Of a stretch of DNA of 64,000 bases, positions 51,749-62,931 are shown piece by piece. Position numbers and translations under genes: made by a program. Source of the DNA: an uncultured Gemmatimonadales bacterium (GTDB lineage Bacteria > Gemmatimonadota > Gemmatimonadetes > JACCXV01 > JAHWKZ01); the NCBI GenBank assembly GCA_947259315.1, contig CAMYLR010000019.1, forward strand, positions 1,252-65,251, read 5' to 3'. Within the stretch, counting starts at the first letter, position 1. Each line of letters opens with the position of its first letter. The notes below the pieces were generated by a model. It had not been told where the DNA came from, did not search any database, and worked only from the letters and a program-made list of their open reading frames with translations.

Positions 51749-52855
51749 TCACCGGTTGAGCGAACCGCCACCGTAGAAAGGCGGTTTAACGACTTCGCCC
51801 GCGACCTCTTTCCCGCGAATCACAACGGCCAATGTTGTGCCTGCCTTGGCGTGTTCGGTTGGCAGGTAACAGGTTCCAATGCCATAACCGAGTGACGTGC
51901 TCATCGCTCCGCTGCGAACCTCAGAGATCTCGGTTCCATCCACCGCGACAGGATAACCCGTGCGCGGTATGCCGCGTTCGACGAGCCGAAAACCGACCAA
52001 TCGACGTTTCGGTCCCGAGTCGGCGACCTCCTTCAGCCGATCGCGACCTATGAAATCACCCTTGTCGAGCTTGACGATCCACCCAAGTGCCGCTTCGTAG
52101 GGGTTTACCGTCTCGTCGATGTCGCTACCGTAGAGGGCGTAGCGCATCTCCAACCGCAGCGTATCGCGGGCCGCCAACCCACAGGGAAGCAAACCAACGC
52201 CTCCGCCCGCCTTCATCAACGCCTGCCACACCACCGCCGATCCCTCACGATCGAAATAGAGCTCGTAGCCTAGCTCTCCCGTATATCCCGTCCGACTCAC
52301 GATCGCCGGCACGGAAGCCACCGATCCGTCGCGCTTCCAGTAGAACTCGAGCTCCTCGAGTGGGACATCGGTTACCGCGGCCATGACGCGACTTGCCTCC
52401 GGACCCTGTACGGCAAGCAGCGAGGTGTTTTCTGACTCGTCGGCGAGCGTCACGTCAGACGGAAGGTCACGGCTTATATGGGCCCAATCTTTGGCGATGT
52501 TCGAAGCGTTGACAACCATCATGTACCGGCTGTCATCGAGTCGATAGACGACGCAGTCGTCGATGATTCCACCGTCCTCATTGACCATGGCGGAGTACTG
52601 TGCCTGGTCGACGGACAACGCTGACACGTCATTGACGGTTACCCGCTGCACCGCTTCCAGCGCATCCGCGCCGCCGAAGATGAACTCCCCCATATGACTC
52701 ACGTCAAAAACCCCGGCGCGCTCCCTCACCGCCCGATGCTCCTCGGTGATCGACGTGTACTGGATCGGCATCAGAAATCCCGCAAACGGCACCATCCGCG
52801 CGCCTAACTGCTCGTGGATGTCGGTGAGCCCGGTTCGTTTCAGATCTGCTTGCAT
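51749..52855 (-). CDS. gcvT: Glycine cleavage system T protein (aminomethyltransferase)
   Basis: LKRTGLTDIHEQLGARMVPFAGFLMPIQY N-terminus and GcvT-length folate-binding domain. Confidence 0.9.
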   Translation of the reverse strand: MQADLKRTGLTDIHEQLGARMVPFAGFLMPIQYTSITEEHRAVRERAGVFDVSHMGEFIFGGADALEAVQRVTVNDVSALSVDQAQYSAMVNEDGGIIDDCVVYRLDDSRYMMVVNASNIAKDWAHISRDLPSDVTLADESENTSLLAVQGPEASRVMAAVTDVPLEELEFYWKRDGSVASVPAIVSRTGYTGELGYELYFDREGSAVVWQALMKAGGGVGLLPCGLAARDTLRLEMRYALYGSDIDETVNPYEAALGWIVKLDKGDFIGRDRLKEVADSGPKRRLVGFRLVERGIPRTGYPVAVDGTEISEVRSGAMSTSLGYGIGTCYLPTEHAKAGTTLAVVIRGKEVAGEVVKPPFYGGGSLNR

Positions 52856-54337
52856 TTAGAGGATGTACTTGCGAAGGTCTTTGTCTTCCACGATCTCCCC
52901 CAACCTCTTCTGTACCGCTTCCGCATCTATCGCGACCTGTTCTGCCCCGGTGTCGGGAACATCAAACAAGATGTCGTCGAGGAGACTGGTCATCACGGTG
53001 TGGAGGCGACGGGCACCGATGTTCTCCATCTGATCGTTGACCTCGGCCGCGATGCGAGCGACCTCCCGGATAGCGCCTCTGCTGAAAGACAACTGAACAC
53101 CCTCCGTTTTTAGCAATGCCTCATACTGGAGTGTCAACGCGTTCTTGGGCTCGGTCAGGATGCGTTCGAAATCCCCCGCCGTCAGGCTACTCAGCTCGAC
53201 CCGTATCGGGAAACGCCCCTGCATCTCGGGGATCAGGTCGCTGGGCTTCGAAACGTGAAACGCACCTGCCGCGACAAACAGGATGTGGTCGGTTCGTATG
53301 AGCCCGTACTTGGTCTGCACGTTGGATCCCTCTACGATCGGCAGCAGATCTCGCTGTACCCCTTCACGCGAGACATCGGGTGCACCGGTAATCTTTTCAC
53401 CCGCGATCTTGTCGATTTCATCGAGAAAGACGATCCCCGAGTTTTCGGTCCGATAGATCGCCTCGTTCACGACTTCATCCATGTCGATCAGTTTATTGAG
53501 CTCCTCCTGGAGCAGAATCCGTCGCGCTTCGGCAACCGTCACCTTCCGGCGCTTTGTTCGCTTGGGCAGCATCTCTTCGAGCATTTCACTCACGTTGACG
53601 TCCATCTCCTCAAAACCCATCGGAGAGAGGACCTCGACGAACGGTAGCCGACTCGATGTGGTCTCGACTTCTACTTGTCGCTCTTCGAGCTTTCCGTCAG
53701 CCAGCAATCCGCGCAGCTTATCGCGAGACCGCTCCCGCTGAACACGGGGATCATCGGGGTGTGCGCCTTCCGACTCGCGCGCGATCCCGGCCGGGTCCAC
53801 CAAGTAGCGGTGGCCACCGTCGGCTTCATCAACACTCCTCAAGGGGGGGAGCAGCAAGTCTAGCAGGCGCTCCTCGACACTCGATTCAGCCTGCTCGTAG
53901 ACCTCGTCCTGCCAATCCTGACGAACCATGTTCACCGAGATCTCTACCAGGTCACGGATCATCGACTCGACGTCTCGGCCCACATACCCGACCTCGGTGA
54001 ACTTCGACGCCTCGACCTTGATGAAAGGCGCATCAGCAAGGCGCGCCAACCGACGCGAGATCTCTGTCTTCCCGACACCAGTGGGGCCGATCATGATGAT
54101 ATTGTTGGGCAAGATCTCGTCGCGTAGCTCGTCCTCAACGCGTAAGCGCCGCCAGCGATTGCGAAGCGCGATCGCGACCGCACGCTTGGCATCGTCCTGG
54201 CCGACGATGTACTTGTCGAGTTCGGCGACGATCTCCCGAGGCGTCAGCGTGGAATAGGGATCTGCGTCGTCGTTGACCGCCGGTTGCGGGGGTCTGACTG
54301 TTGCGGTTCCGGTCTCGTTGCGGCCGTCATCACTCAT
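52856..54337 (-). CDS. hslU: ATP-dependent protease ATPase subunit HslU
   Basis: [33 protein letters not shown], Walker [20 protein letters not shown]. Confidence 0.95.
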   Translation of the reverse strand: MSDDGRNETGTATVRPPQPAVNDDADPYSTLTPREIVAELDKYIVGQDDAKRAVAIALRNRWRRLRVEDELRDEILPNNIIMIGPTGVGKTEISRRLARLADAPFIKVEASKFTEVGYVGRDVESMIRDLVEISVNMVRQDWQDEVYEQAESSVEERLLDLLLPPLRSVDEADGGHRYLVDPAGIARESEGAHPDDPRVQRERSRDKLRGLLADGKLEERQVEVETTSSRLPFVEVLSPMGFEEMDVNVSEMLEEMLPKRTKRRKVTVAEARRILLQEELNKLIDMDEVVNEAIYRTENSGIVFLDEIDKIAGEKITGAPDVSREGVQRDLLPIVEGSNVQTKYGLIRTDHILFVAAGAFHVSKPSDLIPEMQGRFPIRVELSSLTAGDFERILTEPKNALTLQYEALLKTEGVQLSFSRGAIREVARIAAEVNDQMENIGARRLHTVMTSLLDDILFDVPDTGAEQVAIDAEAVQKRLGEIVEDKDLRKYIL

Positions 54338-54881
54338 TGTTTTCTAGCTCCAGAATCGTCAGTTCCGTATTTGTGTAGATGCAAATCTCGGCGGCGATCT
54401 GAAGCCCCCGCTCGACGATCTGCCGAGCGTTTAGCTCAGAGTCATTCGCGAGTGCACGCGCAGCAGCCAACGCGTAGGGGCCCCCCGCGCCGATAGCCAG
54501 GATGCCGTCGTCAGGTTCGATGACATCTCCGTTACCCGATACTAGCAGACTGTGCTCTTTATCACAGACCGCCAGCATCGCCTCCAGTCGCCTCAAGATC
54601 TTGTCTGAACGCCATTCCTTGGCCAGCTCGACTGTGGCTCGTGGTAGGTTGGTCGGGTAACGCTCGATCTTTTCCTCAAACTTCTCAAACAGAGTGAGTG
54701 CGTCCGCGGCGGCACCGGCAAACCCAGCCACGATCGACCCACTCTTGAGATGCCGGACCTTTGACGATCGGCTCTTCACCACCGTGTCGCCAAAAGTGAT
54801 CTGGCCGTCGCCCCCAAGTGCAACGGCTCCATCCTTGCGAACGCCGAGAATCGTGGTTGCTTCCATGCGCGAGCCTCTCAT
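54330..54881 (-). CDS. hslV: ATP-dependent protease subunit HslV
   Basis: N-terminal [10 protein letters not shown] (catalytic Thr after Met removal), GGDGQ. Confidence 0.95.
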   Translation of the reverse strand: MRGSRMEATTILGVRKDGAVALGGDGQITFGDTVVKSRSSKVRHLKSGSIVAGFAGAAADALTLFEKFEEKIERYPTNLPRATVELAKEWRSDKILRRLEAMLAVCDKEHSLLVSGNGDVIEPDDGILAIGAGGPYALAAARALANDSELNARQIVERGLQIAAEICIYTNTELTILELENNE

Positions 54882-55786
54882 GCGCGAGGGTGAGCCAAGT
54901 CGTAGGCCGTTTTTATCCGTTCGCGCGACAAATGTGTGTACAGCTGAGTAGTCGAAAGAGAAGCGTGGCCCAGGAGCTCCTTGACCGCCATGATATCGGC
55001 TCCACGATCGAGGAGATGAGTAGCGAATGAATGCCGGAGCGTATGGGTCGACACTCCCTCTCGCTCGGCAATCGTTTCCAAGGCTCTTTTTACCACGCGT
55101 TGAATCTGGCGCACCGATAGCGGGCGACCAGCCTGACCTACAAATACCGAGTCCTTCGTTTCCGCGAGTGCGTCTTCATCTAACTCACGTCGGTACTGCA
55201 CAAGCGCCTCCAGAGCCCGACCAGTGATCGGCACCCGACGCTCCTTGTCACCCTTACCGATGACGCGGACCATCTTGGACCCCGTATCGATGTCCGCCCA
55301 GGTCAACCCGGCCAACTCGCTAACTCTAAGACCGGCTCCGTAGGCGACTTCCAAAAGCGCCGCCAGGCGGCGCCCAAAGAACCCCTCCACATCGGCGTAC
55401 CTCTCCAGCGCCCGGTCCAAAGTGGCGGCACTCAACACCTCTGGAAGGTTACGATGCTGCCGCGGAACTCCGACTTGTTGAGCAGGGTTCATTTCCGCCC
55501 AACCTTCACGACAAGCGTGACGGAAGAAACTCCGTACAGCTGCCAGTCGCCTTGCGATCGTAGGTCGCACCAGACCGCGGTCTGCGCAGTATCCCAGGAA
55601 CGCCCGCACATCCTCTGGTCTGACCGTGTTCAAATCGATGTCCGACGTGCCTAAGTGAGCAACTGAAAAAGCGGACCAATCAGCGAGATCCCGCCGGTAC
55701 GCAGCGATCGTGTTCGGGCTGTACCGCCGAACGGTGCCGAGATAGTCGAGGTGGTCGGCGATGCGGGCTTCGAGCGATCCGCCCAC
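54878..55786 (-). CDS. xerC: Tyrosine recombinase XerC/XerD family
   Basis: N-terminal [13 protein letters not shown]...[13 protein letters not shown]. The catalytic region has [12 protein letters not shown] and the [14 protein letters not shown] tyrosine box. Start assigned to GTG 55786; the track's upstream extension would overlap the trmFO 3' end. Confidence 0.8.
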   Translation of the reverse strand: MGGSLEARIADHLDYLGTVRRYSPNTIAAYRRDLADWSAFSVAHLGTSDIDLNTVRPEDVRAFLGYCADRGLVRPTIARRLAAVRSFFRHACREGWAEMNPAQQVGVPRQHRNLPEVLSAATLDRALERYADVEGFFGRRLAALLEVAYGAGLRVSELAGLTWADIDTGSKMVRVIGKGDKERRVPITGRALEALVQYRRELDEDALAETKDSVFVGQAGRPLSVRQIQRVVKRALETIAEREGVSTHTLRHSFATHLLDRGADIMAVKELLGHASLSTTQLYTHLSRERIKTAYDLAHPRA

Positions 55787-55791
55787 GGTCT

Positions 55792-57130
55792 TCAAGCCGC
55801 CTCGACCAAGCTCGGAGCCGCGGCAACGCTCCACTGCCCCATCCGATCGATCGCCCGCGCAGCTTGCGCTCGGCGCCGCGCGCGTTTGTCCCGCACCCGA
55901 TGCTCGAGTGGGGGCAGCAGTCCGAAGTTGGCGTTCATGGGCTGGAAGTTGGTTGGATCGGCGGTTTGAAGGTAGTGGGCAAGCGAACCGGCCATCGTTT
56001 CCCGGGGGGGCAACTCTGGTGAAGCCCCGCCCGCGACCCGGACCGCGTTCCAACCCGCCAGGAGCCCACTCAAGATCGACTCGACATATCCCTCAACCCC
56101 AGTCAACTGTCCAGCGAAAAAGAGCCGCGGCCACGTTTCGTTAGCGGGCCTTCCGTACGGATCCAGTGCGACCGGGTGCTGTAGGAACGTGTTGCGATGA
56201 ACTTGGCCGTGGCGCAGAAACTCCGCTTGAGAGAGCGCCGGCACGACTCCAAACACCCGCTTTTGTTCGCCGTATTTCATCCGCGTCTGGCAACCAACCA
56301 GATTGTACATCGTTCCTTGGCGATTCTCGCGTCTGAGCTGCAAGACCGCGTGTGGTCGGCGAGCGGTCACGGGATCGGTCAAGCCAACCGGTTTGAACGG
56401 TCCAAAGCGGAGTGTATCGGGCCCCCGCCGAGCCATTTCTTCGATCGGCAAGCAACCCTCAAAAAACATGACATCATGTTCGAACTCTTTGAGCGGATAG
56501 AGCTCGGCGTTCAAGAGTGCGTCGATGAAAGCCGCGTACTCGGCCTCCGTCAATGGACAGTTGAGGTAGTCGTCATCGCCTTTGCCATAACGCGATGCAG
56601 CCCAATAACGGCCCGGCACGAGTGAACCCCGGGATACGATCGGACTAATGGCATCAAAGAACGCCAGATTGCCGGCACCAAGTGTGCGCTCGATCTCGCA
56701 CGCCAGATTGTCTGATGTCAGCGGGCCAGTGGCAACGATCGTCAGTTGATCAAGGTCGAGGGTGGTTCTTTCCTCCCGCTCCACGCTGACCAGCGGCTCG
56801 GCTTCGATCAGCCGTGTAACCCGATCAGCGAAGCGCACGCGATCGACCCCGAGGGCCGTGCCAGCGGGCACCTTGGTCTGGAGAGCTGCGGCTAACAGTC
56901 GGCTTCCGAGCTGCTCTAACTCGGCTTTGAGAACACCATGGGCGGTCTCGACATCCAGCGATTTAAAGGAGTTCGAGCAGACGAGCTCGGCCAAGAGATC
57001 TGTCTGGTGCGCGGGGGTCGCCACCACCGGACGCATCTCGTACAGGGTAGAGGAAACACCAAACCGAGCGCACTGCAGAGCGGCTTCGGTGCCCGCTAGA
57101 CCACCACCGATAATGATGACCCGCTTCAAC
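55792..57130 (-). CDS. trmFO: Methylenetetrahydrofolate--tRNA-(uracil54-C5)-methyltransferase TrmFO (Gid)
   Basis: KRVIIIGGGLAGTEAA FAD Rossmann; TrmFO-specific central and C-terminal regions. Start assigned to TTG 57130-57128, which overlaps the topA stop (tTGA). The track's ATG 57198 would overlap topA by 73 nt. Confidence 0.85.
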
Positions 57131-59666
57131 CGCGGGTCGACCCGACCGGCTCCGTGCCTGGCGCCGGTTCCGGCACCTCGGACTTGCACTTTGGACATCT
57201 AAGCCCGGTGACGCCATCGCTATCGCGCCACGCCTCAGCCACCCCATGACCGCATTCCGGACACTTGACCGTCCGGGGTGCACCGTTCTGCGTGTAGTCG
57301 CACTCGGGGTATCGATTGCAGCCATAGAACCGTCGCGCGCCACGACCTCGACCACTACGACGTTCCGCCAGCTCGCCTTCACCGCACTGCGGGCATTTCA
57401 CACCCGTCGGCAGAGACTCCGTATGTCGACACTTCGGGTACTTCGAGCACCCGATGAAGGCGCCAAAGCGCCCGGTCTTGATCGCCAACTCGCCTTCGCC
57501 GCATTTGGGACACTGACGATCGAGCTTCTCGCCAGCGGCCTGCGCCCGCTGTCGAGTGGCCAACGCCGCCTCAGGATCGTCCCCGATGTTCATCGTGAAA
57601 TCGCAGTTCGGATAGTTCGCGCACCCAACAAACGGGCCCCGCCGACCCCGCTTGATGACCAACTCACCGCCATCGACCGGACACGGATCGTCCGGAGGTT
57701 CGGGACCGAGCTCGGGGATCGGTTGCGTACCGCGGCAGTCCGGATACTCGCGACACCCCCAGAACGGCCCAAAGCGGTTCCACTTGAGCCCCATCGCGCC
57801 GTGTGCCTCGTCTTTCGGACAATTAGGCGGCTCCAAGTCGTTCCAGCTGTCATCCCCGTTCCCGGCCTTCTCGGCGATCGTGGCTACGCGATCGATGTCC
57901 TCTCTGAGCGGACGCCACAGATCCTCGACCACGTCCCGCCAGGCAAGCGCGCCCTCTTCGATCTTATCGAGCTCTTCTTCCATCCCGCGCGTAAACCCGA
58001 CCTCGAAAATGTCGTCGAAATGGTGCACCAGATACCTGAGCACGAAGCGCCCGAGCACAGTCGGGCGAATCCGTCGATCGTGCCGCTCTGCGTAATTGCG
58101 TTCGAACAAACGTGAAATGATGGTCGCGTATGTGCTTGGTCGTCCGATACCCTGCGCCTCGAGCTCCTTGACGAGGGTCGCCTCGCTGTAACGCGCCGGT
58201 GGCTGGGTCTCCTTCCCGTCGCTGACGACCTCGAGCGCGGTCAGGACCTCGCCTTCCTCGATCGACGGGAGCAGGACGTCGTCCCCGGCCTCGCCATGCT
58301 TGCCGGCTTGCCGGTAGGCTTCGATAAAGCCCGGAAACGTGAGCACCGAGCCTGACGCACGGAACTCCAGATCTCCATCTACGACGAAGTCAACCGTCGT
58401 CCTGTCATACCGGGCGACCTCCATCTGCGATGCCACGAAGCGCAACCATATCAATTCATAAAGTCGAGATAAGTCACGACCATCCTTCATCTTTCCGAGA
58501 GTTGCCTGTATCGCTTCCGGCGCGTGCATCGATGTCGGGCGGATCGCCTCGTGCGCGCCCTGCGCACTCGATGTGCTCTTATAATGCTTCGGTTTGTCGG
58601 GACAGAACTGAGCGCCGTAGCGCTGACCAATGAACTCTCGCACTTCGCTGAGCGCCCCCTTGGACACCCGAGTGGAGTCAGTCCGCATATACGTGATGAG
58701 CCCCGCGGTTTGACCCTCGACCTCGATGCCTTCGTATAGTCGCTGGGCCAATGACATCGTGCGACGAGCACTGAGCCCCAACCGACGCGAGGCCTCCTGC
58801 TGAAGCGTCGACGTCGTGAACGGCGGCGGCGCCGAACGCCGACGTTCTTTGCGCTCGACGCTCCCGACCTTCCACTCGTTCTGGGTCGCGCGGTCGACGA
58901 CGCTGGAAGCCGCTTCTTCGGTATCGAGCGCCGGTGCGCGAAAATCCTCGTCAGCCGGCTGTCCACGCGGGATCACCGCCACGCCGGCGACCCGTTGGAG
59001 GTCAGCCTGGAAGTTGTCCGGTTCCTGATCGCCGGGGGACTGGAGCGTCGCTTTGACCCGCCAGTACGCCACCTTCTGGAAGCTCTCGATCGCCGCCTCG
59101 CGTTCGCACACCAAGCGGAGGGCGACGGTTTGGACCCGGCCGGCCGATAGCCCCGGGTAGAAGGGTGCGGTCAACAACGGACTGATCTTGTAGCCGACCA
59201 ACCGATCTAGGATGCGTCGCGCCTGTTGCGCGTCGACCTTACGGCCATCGATACGCTCCGGATTCTCGATCGCGCGTTTCACCGCCGCAGGTGTGACCTC
59301 ATAAAACAGGGCCCGCCGAATGTTCTCGGGAGGAATGCCGAGCTCGTCGACGATGTGCCAGGCGATCGCCTCGCCCTCACGATCGGGATCGGTCGCGACG
59401 TACACCGTCGCGGCGCCCTTGGCCGCCTTGCCGATCTGATTCAATACTTTGCGTTTGCCGCGAATCACTTTGTAGGTCGGCGCGAACCCGTTCGCCGGGT
59501 CAACACCTAGCTCCTTGGGCGGTAGGTCACGGACGTGGCCCACGGAGGCTTCCACCCGGTACTCCTTCCCCAAGTACCCACCGATCGCCCGCGCCTTGGC
59601 TGGCGACTCGACGATGACCACGTTTGGGGTGGCTGGCGGCTTCTTTTTCTTCTTCTCGGTACTCAT
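57126..59666 (-). CDS. topA: DNA topoisomerase I with C-terminal zinc-ribbon repeats
   Basis: Toprim N-terminus (VVIVESPAKARAIGGYLGKEY), catalytic Tyr region, and multiple C-terminal CxxC...CxxC zinc ribbons (CPKCGEGEL, CPQCGEGEL, CPECGHG, CPKC). Confidence 0.9.
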   Translation of the reverse strand: MSTEKKKKKPPATPNVVIVESPAKARAIGGYLGKEYRVEASVGHVRDLPPKELGVDPANGFAPTYKVIRGKRKVLNQIGKAAKGAATVYVATDPDREGEAIAWHIVDELGIPPENIRRALFYEVTPAAVKRAIENPERIDGRKVDAQQARRILDRLVGYKISPLLTAPFYPGLSAGRVQTVALRLVCEREAAIESFQKVAYWRVKATLQSPGDQEPDNFQADLQRVAGVAVIPRGQPADEDFRAPALDTEEAASSVVDRATQNEWKVGSVERKERRRSAPPPFTTSTLQQEASRRLGLSARRTMSLAQRLYEGIEVEGQTAGLITYMRTDSTRVSKGALSEVREFIGQRYGAQFCPDKPKHYKSTSSAQGAHEAIRPTSMHAPEAIQATLGKMKDGRDLSRLYELIWLRFVASQMEVARYDRTTVDFVVDGDLEFRASGSVLTFPGFIEAYRQAGKHGEAGDDVLLPSIEEGEVLTALEVVSDGKETQPPARYSEATLVKELEAQGIGRPSTYATIISRLFERNYAERHDRRIRPTVLGRFVLRYLVHHFDDIFEVGFTRGMEEELDKIEEGALAWRDVVEDLWRPLREDIDRVATIAEKAGNGDDSWNDLEPPNCPKDEAHGAMGLKWNRFGPFWGCREYPDCRGTQPIPELGPEPPDDPCPVDGGELVIKRGRRGPFVGCANYPNCDFTMNIGDDPEAALATRQRAQAAGEKLDRQCPKCGEGELAIKTGRFGAFIGCSKYPKCRHTESLPTGVKCPQCGEGELAERRSGRGRGARRFYGCNRYPECDYTQNGAPRTVKCPECGHGVAEAWRDSDGVTGLRCPKCKSEVPEPAPGTEPVGSTRG

Positions 59667-59804
59667 GGCGCGCGTAATATGGCATGCGGTTCCAACCGGC
59701 GCCCACCGGGATCAAGGGGCTAAATGCCTTCGGGGCACCCGCTTCGGATGCCCCGACTGGTTCAGATCCGGTTTGGCCCCTCGGTAGCCGCGGCTCGGCA
59801 CCGA

Positions 59805-60965
59805 TTAACCGCCGCCGTCGCCGCCCCCCTCCTCAGTTGGTGGTGCCAACACCTGGCCAGTAACAACGAACTCGACACCGTTCGTTCCGGTGGCGATCGC
59901 CACCGCCGCGTTACGGCCCTCGGTTACCGCCAGCAGTCGACTCTGGGCCAGCCCATTACCATCGGTAAAGCTCGTCGACGCAGTGAGGAAGCCACCACCA
60001 TCGGATATCAACCACGTGACGGCGACGCCTGAGACGGGGTTGCCAAACTCATCCATGGCTTGAACCACGAACGGGTTTGGATCACGACCCTGAAAATCGG
60101 GGCTCCCCGGCTGGTGGAGGGTATCGATGATCGCCGTCTGGTTGTTCCCGGCCACGATGATGAGCTGCGCCGGACCGAGCGCCGTGGCGGTCGCGTTGAA
60201 CGTCTGGCTCGCGGTCGTCTGCGCACCAACAGGTCCAATCAGCGTTCGAGCTGTTACCGAGTGCGGGCCCGGCGCGGTCCCCAACCTCAAGTAGGCGCGA
60301 GCCATGCCACCACCGTCGGTGTTGACCGTCACCTCGCCAGCCGACGGCCCGTCGGGCGCGACCATGACCGCGGCCGACGCTCCCTGCGACTGCTCCAGCG
60401 TGAACGTCACCGTATGACCACCGACGGGGAATCCATCCGGGCTATCGACCCGCACCACAAGCGGTAACGGGAGCTCACTCCCGGCTGCGCCGGATTGGTT
60501 GTCGCCGCTCACGCGCGTCATCGCAGCGGCTTCCGCTGGGTCACTGAGCACCTGGATCGTGAACTGAACTCGGCCGACCCCACCTGGCCGCTCCGACCGC
60601 GCCTCGATGATCGCCATCCCAGCCAGCGCCGGACGGAAAGTCACCTCCGTGAACCCCTGGTCATCGGTCAACGTGCTATCCGAAGAGAACGCCCCACTGC
60701 CGGCGAGCAGCGTGTATCGAACCACAGCTGACCTGATCGGGCGGCCCTCCGCGTCGAGCACGCGAACGCGAAGCGACGTGTCGAACAACGAGCCGAGCTG
60801 AGCGAGAAGTTGCTCACCACCGACTGCGACCACTCTCGGTTCACCGCTCGCTGCCGGCGGCCCACCGTCCAGCAATGCCTCGTCGCAGGCTACGAACATG
60901 GCGAACGCGACCGCCAGAGCAAGCCAAAGGGGAAACCATCGCGTCGATCGCTCCCCGCTAACCAT
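59805..60965 (-). CDS. Lipoprotein with three bacterial Ig-like (Big_1/invasin-type) repeats
   Basis: Signal peptide plus lipobox (FVAC). Three repeats of the pattern ...GDNQ.G..G..LP.PLVVRV.D..G.PV.G..VTF... Confidence 0.5.
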   Translation of the reverse strand: MVSGERSTRWFPLWLALAVAFAMFVACDEALLDGGPPAASGEPRVVAVGGEQLLAQLGSLFDTSLRVRVLDAEGRPIRSAVVRYTLLAGSGAFSSDSTLTDDQGFTEVTFRPALAGMAIIEARSERPGGVGRVQFTIQVLSDPAEAAAMTRVSGDNQSGAAGSELPLPLVVRVDSPDGFPVGGHTVTFTLEQSQGASAAVMVAPDGPSAGEVTVNTDGGGMARAYLRLGTAPGPHSVTARTLIGPVGAQTTASQTFNATATALGPAQLIIVAGNNQTAIIDTLHQPGSPDFQGRDPNPFVVQAMDEFGNPVSGVAVTWLISDGGGFLTASTSFTDGNGLAQSRLLAVTEGRNAAVAIATGTNGVEFVVTGQVLAPPTEEGGGDGGG

Positions 60966-62931
60966 TTGTTCCCCGAAGGTCAGACGAGAGACGGTATGGC
61001 TGGTACATGCCGCTGGCGCAAAGCGGCATGTAGACCTGAACTGCAGCGCTTTCCACAGTGGTAAAGACCGGGACCCCTCGGTAGTTGCCGACCTTTACGA
61101 GACTGAGTGGATCGACCCGGTGAGGGGCGCCAAACTCGGTCCACCGATCGCCGTTGTGGATGATTACCCGGTCGCTCCGATACCACGACTGATCTTCCAA
61201 ACACACCTGGCTGATCACATCCGGGTCGGGACGCTCCACTGGGACGACGTACGGAGTCACAAAGATCAGCAAGTCACGCTTCTCGTCGCGCCTGCGCTCC
61301 GTACGGAACAGGGCACCAAGCAGCGGTATGTCCTTGAGCACCGGCACACCGCTGCGCACACTCGAGTAATCCTGCACCGTAAGACCACCGATGACAGCCG
61401 TCTCGCCGTCGTCCACCAAGATCTGCGAGGTCGCTCGCTGGGTGTTGAACGTCACGCCGATCTCCGGGTCGGCGACCGCAACACCCGAACGCTCGGCCAT
61501 AAGCTGCATCAGCACCTTGCCGTTGGAGGTGATATGCGGTGTGACCCGAAGGATGATACCGGTCTCGATGAGCTCGACGCTGGCCGTGGCCTCTGGTGTA
61601 TCTGCGCCTACGTCGAGGACGCGGATGGGTGTACGCTCCCCCACGAAGACTTCGGCCGGCAGGTTGTTGAGCACGGTCGTCTGCGGCTCAGCCTGAATAT
61701 CCGCCATCTCCCGTTGCTCAAGCGCCTGCAGCAAGCCGCCGATATTGAGCCCAGAGGCCAGCGTTCCGATCGACAGATCGAGGAACGGATCGGCCAGCGT
61801 CCCCTCTGTATTTGCAAGCACGTGTGTGTCGACTGTCGGGTCGCGCAGGTTTTCGACGCGCCACTTCACACCCATCTCGCGCAGGTCGACTTTGTTGACG
61901 AACACGATCTTGGCCTTGATCGTGACCTGCGGGGTCTGGACATCGAGCTGTCCAACGATGTCCACGATCTTTTCGACACGATCAGGAACATCGGTAATCA
62001 CCAACGAGTTCGTCTTGGCGTCGGCCTGGATGCTCCCGCGCTCCGATTTGAGCGGATCGACGACCAGAGCAACGTCACTCGCGGTGATGAAGTTGAGGCG
62101 CGAGATCACCGTCTTGAGGTCGACCAAGGCCTCGGTCGTGCGCAGATTCTCCACCGTATCAACGCGGATAATGTCGTTCTCGAGCCGGACCTCGAGGCCG
62201 TTTGCGTGCATGAGTGTGACTAGTGCCTCATCCCACGGCTGATCGCGAATGTCGGCCGTTACCAAGACGTTCCTCACGCCCGATCCGGCGACGATCGACC
62301 GTCCGCCTATCTCTCCAAACGCCCGGATCACCGTGCTGATCTCGGTGTTCTGGAAGGCGAGCGTAACGCGCTCGCCGTTGATCCCTGACAGACCGAGTTC
62401 ACCCCTTGGCTGGAACGGGTCGCCGATGGGTGTCGCGTTCTGAGCGATCACCGCCCCCGATCGCGGTTGGGTCTGATCGTCGACCCTATCCGTGACGTAG
62501 GCCGAGAACGGCGCGCCGGGGTTTTCAAACGTCACGATCACGTCCGCTCCCTGCTGATAGATCGCGTACGACGTTACGCCATCCAGCGCGATATCGAACC
62601 GCACGCGATCTGGCGCCGGCGCACTGGTCACCACGTAGCGAATGCCCCCGCGGTAGATATCGTCATACTCCTTCAACGGGATCATCGCACGGGCACCCAC
62701 GAGCTCGACCGTCAGCTTCGGTGGTAGCGGCTCGAATTCGTCTCGGTACTGAACCGGTCCTGCCGAGTGAATCACGATGCGCGTGGCGCTACCGTCATAA
62801 ATCACTCGGAATCCGACCACGTCGGTAGCCTGATTGCGTTCGACGGCGGTCCCAGCGGTCCGAGGACCGATGAGCCCTGCCGCAATCAGCGCGATAAAGA
62901 CGACAGCACGGTACGTCATACGCACGATCAC
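60958..62931 (-). CDS. pilQ: Type IV pilus secretin PilQ (secretin family) with extra C-terminal ~100 aa
   Basis: Secretin domain: LLQALEQREMADIQAEPQTTVLNNLPAEVFVGERTPI..., GVPVLKDIPLLGALFR, LLIFVTPYVV. N-terminal signal peptide. About 105 residues follow the usual C-terminal motif. Confidence 0.8.
   Translation of the reverse strand: MIVRMTYRAVVFIALIAAGLIGPRTAGTAVERNQATDVVGFRVIYDGSATRIVIHSAGPVQYRDEFEPLPPKLTVELVGARAMIPLKEYDDIYRGGIRYVVTSAPAPDRVRFDIALDGVTSYAIYQQGADVIVTFENPGAPFSAYVTDRVDDQTQPRSGAVIAQNATPIGDPFQPRGELGLSGINGERVTLAFQNTEISTVIRAFGEIGGRSIVAGSGVRNVLVTADIRDQPWDEALVTLMHANGLEVRLENDIIRVDTVENLRTTEALVDLKTVISRLNFITASDVALVVDPLKSERGSIQADAKTNSLVITDVPDRVEKIVDIVGQLDVQTPQVTIKAKIVFVNKVDLREMGVKWRVENLRDPTVDTHVLANTEGTLADPFLDLSIGTLASGLNIGGLLQALEQREMADIQAEPQTTVLNNLPAEVFVGERTPIRVLDVGADTPEATASVELIETGIILRVTPHITSNGKVLMQLMAERSGVAVADPEIGVTFNTQRATSQILVDDGETAVIGGLTVQDYSSVRSGVPVLKDIPLLGALFRTERRRDEKRDLLIFVTPYVVPVERPDPDVISQVCLEDQSWYRSDRVIIHNGDRWTEFGAPHRVDPLSLVKVGNYRGVPVFTTVESAAVQVYMPLCASGMYQPYRLSSDLRGTNG

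Noticed and set aside
60898-62223. 441-aa plus-strand ORF inside pilQ
   Set aside because: Antisense to a secretin gene with canonical motifs. No recognisable domains.
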